Source: Candidatus Thorarchaeota archaeon
GTDB taxonomy: Archaea > Asgardarchaeota > Thorarchaeia > Thorarchaeales > Thorarchaeaceae
Direction of reading: 5' to 3'
DNA: 64,000 bases
Assembly (NCBI GenBank): GCA_046482545.1
Contig: JAWOEX010000021.1
Location: 201,971-265,970 of the forward strand
How positions within the stretch are numbered: position 1 is the first letter of the stretch; each line of letters starts with the position of its first letter. This document shows positions 60,456 through 64,000 of this stretch, one piece after another. The notes beneath the pieces are model-generated. The model was not told where the DNA came from. It made no database searches and worked only from the letters and a program-made list of their open reading frames with translations. Made by a program: the position numbers and the translations under genes.

Positions 60456-61271
60456 GTGGCGCTTATGTCTGATGATGAACCGACCTACTGGGGATCCTGG
60501 AAAGGAAGAGTTGTCAAAGCAATTGCGGTGGATGGAGCTCGAACTTGGAACGAAATCCGTGATCAGACGGGACTATCACCGAAAACCTTCAACAAAGTGT
60601 TGTCGGAGCTATTTAGTGCTGAAGCTCTCAAGAAAATCGATCAAAAAGATCCAGATGAGTATCGAGTTAGTTATGAACTCTACAAAGAGTATCAAGAATA
60701 CTTCGACAAGCTAGAGCCCGAAAGAAGAACTGAACCTGTGAAAGTAACAAAGTCAGAACAAACTGGTCTTATTCATTGGATAGACCAGTGGAGAGAAACA
60801 ATGGGTTTGGATTTTTCTCTCCAGCCGGAACATTTCTACTTGGCATGTGGAAATCTGAACAACTTCTCGGAGAAGCTCATTCTTAGAGCGAAGAAGGAGG
60901 TTCTTGTCGTAAATCCATATGTTGACCAGTGTGATCTTAGTGATTCATTATGGAAATCTGTAGATGAAGACAAACAGGTCACCTTAATCACTCGTGAGCC
61001 TGAGGACCAATATGAGAGAATCAAGAAACGAAAACAAGAGTTTCACAAGATTCTCAGTGATAGAGGTGTTAGGGTAGTCTACAATCCACGTGTTCATGCG
61101 AAATTGATAACAGTCGATAGAGCCGTGGCGGTCGTTTCTTCAATGAATTTGAACAGCAGTTCGGCTGGTGGTTCCTCTTGGGAAGGTGGAATGGTAACGA
61201 AGAATGATTCTGTTGTTGAGTCAATAGTCGATTCAATCTTCGAATTGCTTGAGCGCCCCGAGTCAGAATAG
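60456..61271 (+). CDS. wHTH plus phospholipase D-like (HKD) domain protein
   Basis: TWNEIRDQTGLS...NKVLSEL (HTH); VVNPY and VHAKLITVD....VSSMNL...WEGG. Confidence 0.85.
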   Translation: MALMSDDEPTYWGSWKGRVVKAIAVDGARTWNEIRDQTGLSPKTFNKVLSELFSAEALKKIDQKDPDEYRVSYELYKEYQEYFDKLEPERRTEPVKVTKSEQTGLIHWIDQWRETMGLDFSLQPEHFYLACGNLNNFSEKLILRAKKEVLVVNPYVDQCDLSDSLWKSVDEDKQVTLITREPEDQYERIKKRKQEFHKILSDRGVRVVYNPRVHAKLITVDRAVAVVSSMNLNSSSAGGSSWEGGMVTKNDSVVESIVDSIFELLERPESE

Positions 61272-61627
61272 AAGAGCATGTAGCTCCTGAGCCTGAAAGG
61301 CACCTTCGAAATACGCTCGAAGTAGACGGCTACACATTAGAAGTCGAGAATGAAGAGCTAGGGGTTGTGGAGGACTTCCTGTTAGATGTGGATGATTGGG
61401 TTCTGAGATACTTCGTTGTGGATGTAGGTAATCGCTTTGAAGGAGCAGAACTAGCAATTCCCTCGCAGTGGGTGGAATCCATCGATTATTCGGATCAGTG
61501 CATCCGTGTAAATTTGACAAAAGAACAACTTGAAACCGCACCCCGATATGACAGAGAGATAGAGTTCACACGAGAAGATGAGATTGCCCTGTATGAGCAC
61601 TACAACTTGCCACCATATTGGAGATAG
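61253..61627 (+). pseudogene. PRC-barrel protein, 5'-truncated
   Basis: HLRNTLEVDGY....E.EELGVVEDFLLD..DWVLRYFVVD...LTKEQLETAP.YD...LYEHY..PPYW; no ATG/GTG/TTG upstream of the domain start in the open frame. Confidence 0.7.
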
Positions 61628-61711
61628 CAAAGCAAACATACAGAACAGGCAAAGTAAGAAAGTATAAGCAAGAGTAGTTTCATGTCTTAGTGTGGAAAAG
61701 CCAATCAGAAG

Positions 61712-62218
61712 GTGTTCATATCGCGCGTATTTGCAGTTTCAGGATTCTCTGGCACAGGTAAGACGACATTGGTCGAAAACATTGTCAAGGAACTAGCTGA
61801 AAGAGGATATTCTGTGGGAACTGTAAAAAGTTCCAAGGAAGATATTTTTCCACCGGAGGGAACCGACACGTACAGGCACCTTAAGGCGTCTGCTCATCCT
61901 GTTGTGCTGCTGGGTCCTAGCTCAACCATAATCAGATACACGCAAAGACTGCCCTCCGCCGAATTGCTCTCACGAATTGACGCAGACATAGTAGTGTTCG
62001 AAGGCTTCAAGTCAGCTTCAGTGCCGAGAGTGCTATGCGTAGGAGATCATATGATTGAGGATAGTAGCATTCCAAACAGAACACATGCCATAGTAAGCTG
62101 GGAGCCAACCAAAATCGAAGAATCCATTTCCATACCTGTTTTGCAATCACATGAGATTGACGAGATTGCGGCCATTATTCTGGACCATGCAGTTGATTCT
62201 AGCGAAGTCGACTTCTAG
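61712..62218 (+). CDS. mobB: Molybdopterin-guanine dinucleotide biosynthesis protein B
   Basis: GFSGTGKTTL, V.TVK, GTDT.RH and EGFK motifs. Confidence 0.88.
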   Translation: MFISRVFAVSGFSGTGKTTLVENIVKELAERGYSVGTVKSSKEDIFPPEGTDTYRHLKASAHPVVLLGPSSTIIRYTQRLPSAELLSRIDADIVVFEGFKSASVPRVLCVGDHMIEDSSIPNRTHAIVSWEPTKIEESISIPVLQSHEIDEIAAIILDHAVDSSEVDF

Positions 62219-62355
62219 CTATGACTAGTTGGTTTGTATGATGGTAGCAAGGAGTAGAGGGAAAGGAACACAGAGTTTATGCTCTGCTTTCTTTAGAACA
62301 TGTGTTCCAATTCTTTATCGTCTCATCCACCATTGCGTGGCAGTTTGTTGCCCCT

Positions 62356-62775
62356 TCATTCACCTATTATCTTAATCAGAACGCGTTTTGGGCGCCGCCC
62401 ATCAAACTCACCGTAGAAGATGCGCTCCCATGTACCTAGGTCAAGCTTACCATCAGTTACGGCAACAACAACTTCGCGCCCCATGATTTGGCGCTTGAGA
62501 TGAGCATCACCATTATCTTCACCAGTGCGATTGTGCTTGTACTGACTGATTGGCTCGTGAGGAGCAAGATCCTCGAGCCACCGTTTATAGTCTTCGTGAA
62601 GGCCGCTCTCGTTGTCGTTGATAAATACAGACGCAGTGATATGCATGGGGTTTACCAAACATAGGCCTTCTTGAACACCACTTTCCGCAACAGCCTCTTG
62701 AACTTGGGGCGTTATATGAACAAAATCCATTCGCTTGGACACATTGAACGTCAGATATTTGGTATGGCTTTTCAT
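62356..62775 (-). CDS. yjbQ: YjbQ/UPF0047 family protein
   Basis: [23 protein letters not shown] and LGTW.RIFY.EFDG.R motifs. Confidence 0.95.
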   Translation of the reverse strand: MKSHTKYLTFNVSKRMDFVHITPQVQEAVAESGVQEGLCLVNPMHITASVFINDNESGLHEDYKRWLEDLAPHEPISQYKHNRTGEDNGDAHLKRQIMGREVVVAVTDGKLDLGTWERIFYGEFDGRRPKRVLIKIIGE

Positions 62776-62870
62776 AATACTTGATAAACAGCACCAATTC
62801 GTAAAAGGGTTGGCAACCTTGTTGTAATCGTTCGGGGCTGGTGTCTACGTTGCCCTGATGCTCAGTATAG

Positions 62871-63098
62871 CTATTCTTCTGATTCTACCGGCTTGAATCC
62901 TTCAGCCTTCTTCTCTTCCAGACGCTGTTTGAGAAATCTCTCAGCTGCAGCAGCGCTTGGAAACTCTTTGGAGGAACAATGTCCGTTAGTGCCGATATTT
63001 CCGAAGCGAATCGTAACAAAATTATCTCTAATTTCACCGGACCAAAACTTGAATGTCTCTTGGTTTTCATAACGTCCTGTCTTGATGTCAGGAGTCAT
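62871..63098 (-). CDS. Stand-alone WGR-domain protein
   Basis: KFW......VTIRFGNIGTNG...KEF....A......EKKAEGF pattern. Confidence 0.85.
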   Translation of the reverse strand: MTPDIKTGRYENQETFKFWSGEIRDNFVTIRFGNIGTNGHCSSKEFPSAAAAERFLKQRLEEKKAEGFKPVESEE

Positions 63099-63190
63099 TC
63101 TTCATTCATTTCCTTCCATTTCATTACGAATACAAATCTCATCTTGTTATCAATCATAATACTTTGGGAAGTACAGGGAAAGCATTTGTA

Positions 63191-63565
63191 CTAGTCGATG
63201 CCAAGTAGTTCTCGGTTCTCTTCTGTGTCTTCATACACACGCCATTGAGTTATGAGCCCATCCTGAGTCCTGGCTGTCCACAATGCGGATCCGTCCAAAA
63301 TAGCCTCAGAACATTGCGAGTGTCCAACCATAATCACAATGTCATCTCTGGCTATCACACGAGAGAATACATTCTTGTAGTCTGGATAATGGTCGAAGAA
63401 CTCCTTCCAACCCTCAACCATCACATCCTTACCCTGAACGCCATCTCCAGCAGCATCAATGAATACATGGGCCTTTGCCACTAATGCAGCCAGACCATTC
63501 AAATCCCGTTCATTGACTCGCTCGTTGAATTCTAGCGCCACAGACTTTGAATCCGTCTTCGGCAT
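63191..63565 (-). CDS. NTF2/SnoaL-like protein
   Basis: FNE.VN.RDL.GLAAL, F.D..G....GK, FF..YPDY and I.QWRVY.D pattern. Confidence 0.88.
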   Translation of the reverse strand: MPKTDSKSVALEFNERVNERDLNGLAALVAKAHVFIDAAGDGVQGKDVMVEGWKEFFDHYPDYKNVFSRVIARDDIVIMVGHSQCSEAILDGSALWTARTQDGLITQWRVYEDTEENRELLGID

Positions 63566-64000
63566 TGCTTGTTCATTCTCATCATATTAGGATTCTATAG
63601 ATTTCAGTATATCGCACAAAAGAAGGAATCAGATATTGCTACCGCGGAATGGATAGTTTCAACAGCGGAACTTGAGTGGCTCTGAACACAAATAATATAT
63701 AATGAATCAGGGCCTTCTCAGATTGAATGATTAGAATACGGAGGTGCAGATAATGACTGTTAATGAAATGAATATTGTCTCGGAATCGATTGATGTCTGC
63801 ACTGGTGTTGCCGTGAATTAGATGCTGGTTCTGAACAAGAACTAGAAATTCACTGCTGTTTTCTTGTGTCGTGCATTCGGCATTTTTCACACGTGATGCC
63901 AATTGTGCTCAAACAGACTGCACCACTGTACAGGCATCTTCTCGTTGTTATTGTGTTACAGGATAGAAGCACGTGTGAGATTAAACAAGAGTTTCAAGAA

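Noticed and set aside
63639-63902. 87-aa minus-strand ORF
   Set aside because: No motif, and the expression signals here point to the opposite strand.

Overview
Archaeal chromosomal window. Archaeal markers include ArcS and RaSEA (archaeosine), PriL, ABCE1, class V FBP aldolase/phosphatase and tRNAs with BHB-type introns. The gene mix suggests an Asgard archaeon, possibly Thorarchaeia, but that is inference. Positions 1-55.4 kb are mostly housekeeping and metabolic: tRNA modification, a DUF1998 helicase, thioredoxins, a tpi/fbp/fba cluster, a GT4-GH130 module, a two-permease MacB/LolCDE-like ABC locus, OGG1, PriL and an acyl-CoA dehydrogenase. Positions 55.4-64 kb form a mosaic accessory region. 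The best candidate for a new system is a 1757-bp cassette bounded by an exact 40-bp duplication of the acyl-CoA dehydrogenase 3' end. It carries a putative secreted glycine-zipper protein that is frameshifted by a T10 tract after its signal-peptide-like leader, a translationally coupled 4-TM protein, and a divergent small HTH-like ORF with an internal stop. This is consistent with a phase-variable archaeocin/immunity-type module (inference). Other notable items: two 110-nt tRNA-Arg genes identical except at anticodon position 34, both with the same 32-nt D-loop intron; a membrane protein with a possible adaptin/coatomer appendage-like region; four metalloenzyme paralogs lacking metal ligands; and a gene that appears to need a non-canonical start codon. 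No CRISPR array, rRNA, integrase or intact transposase was seen. All family calls come from motif recognition by eye, not from database searches.
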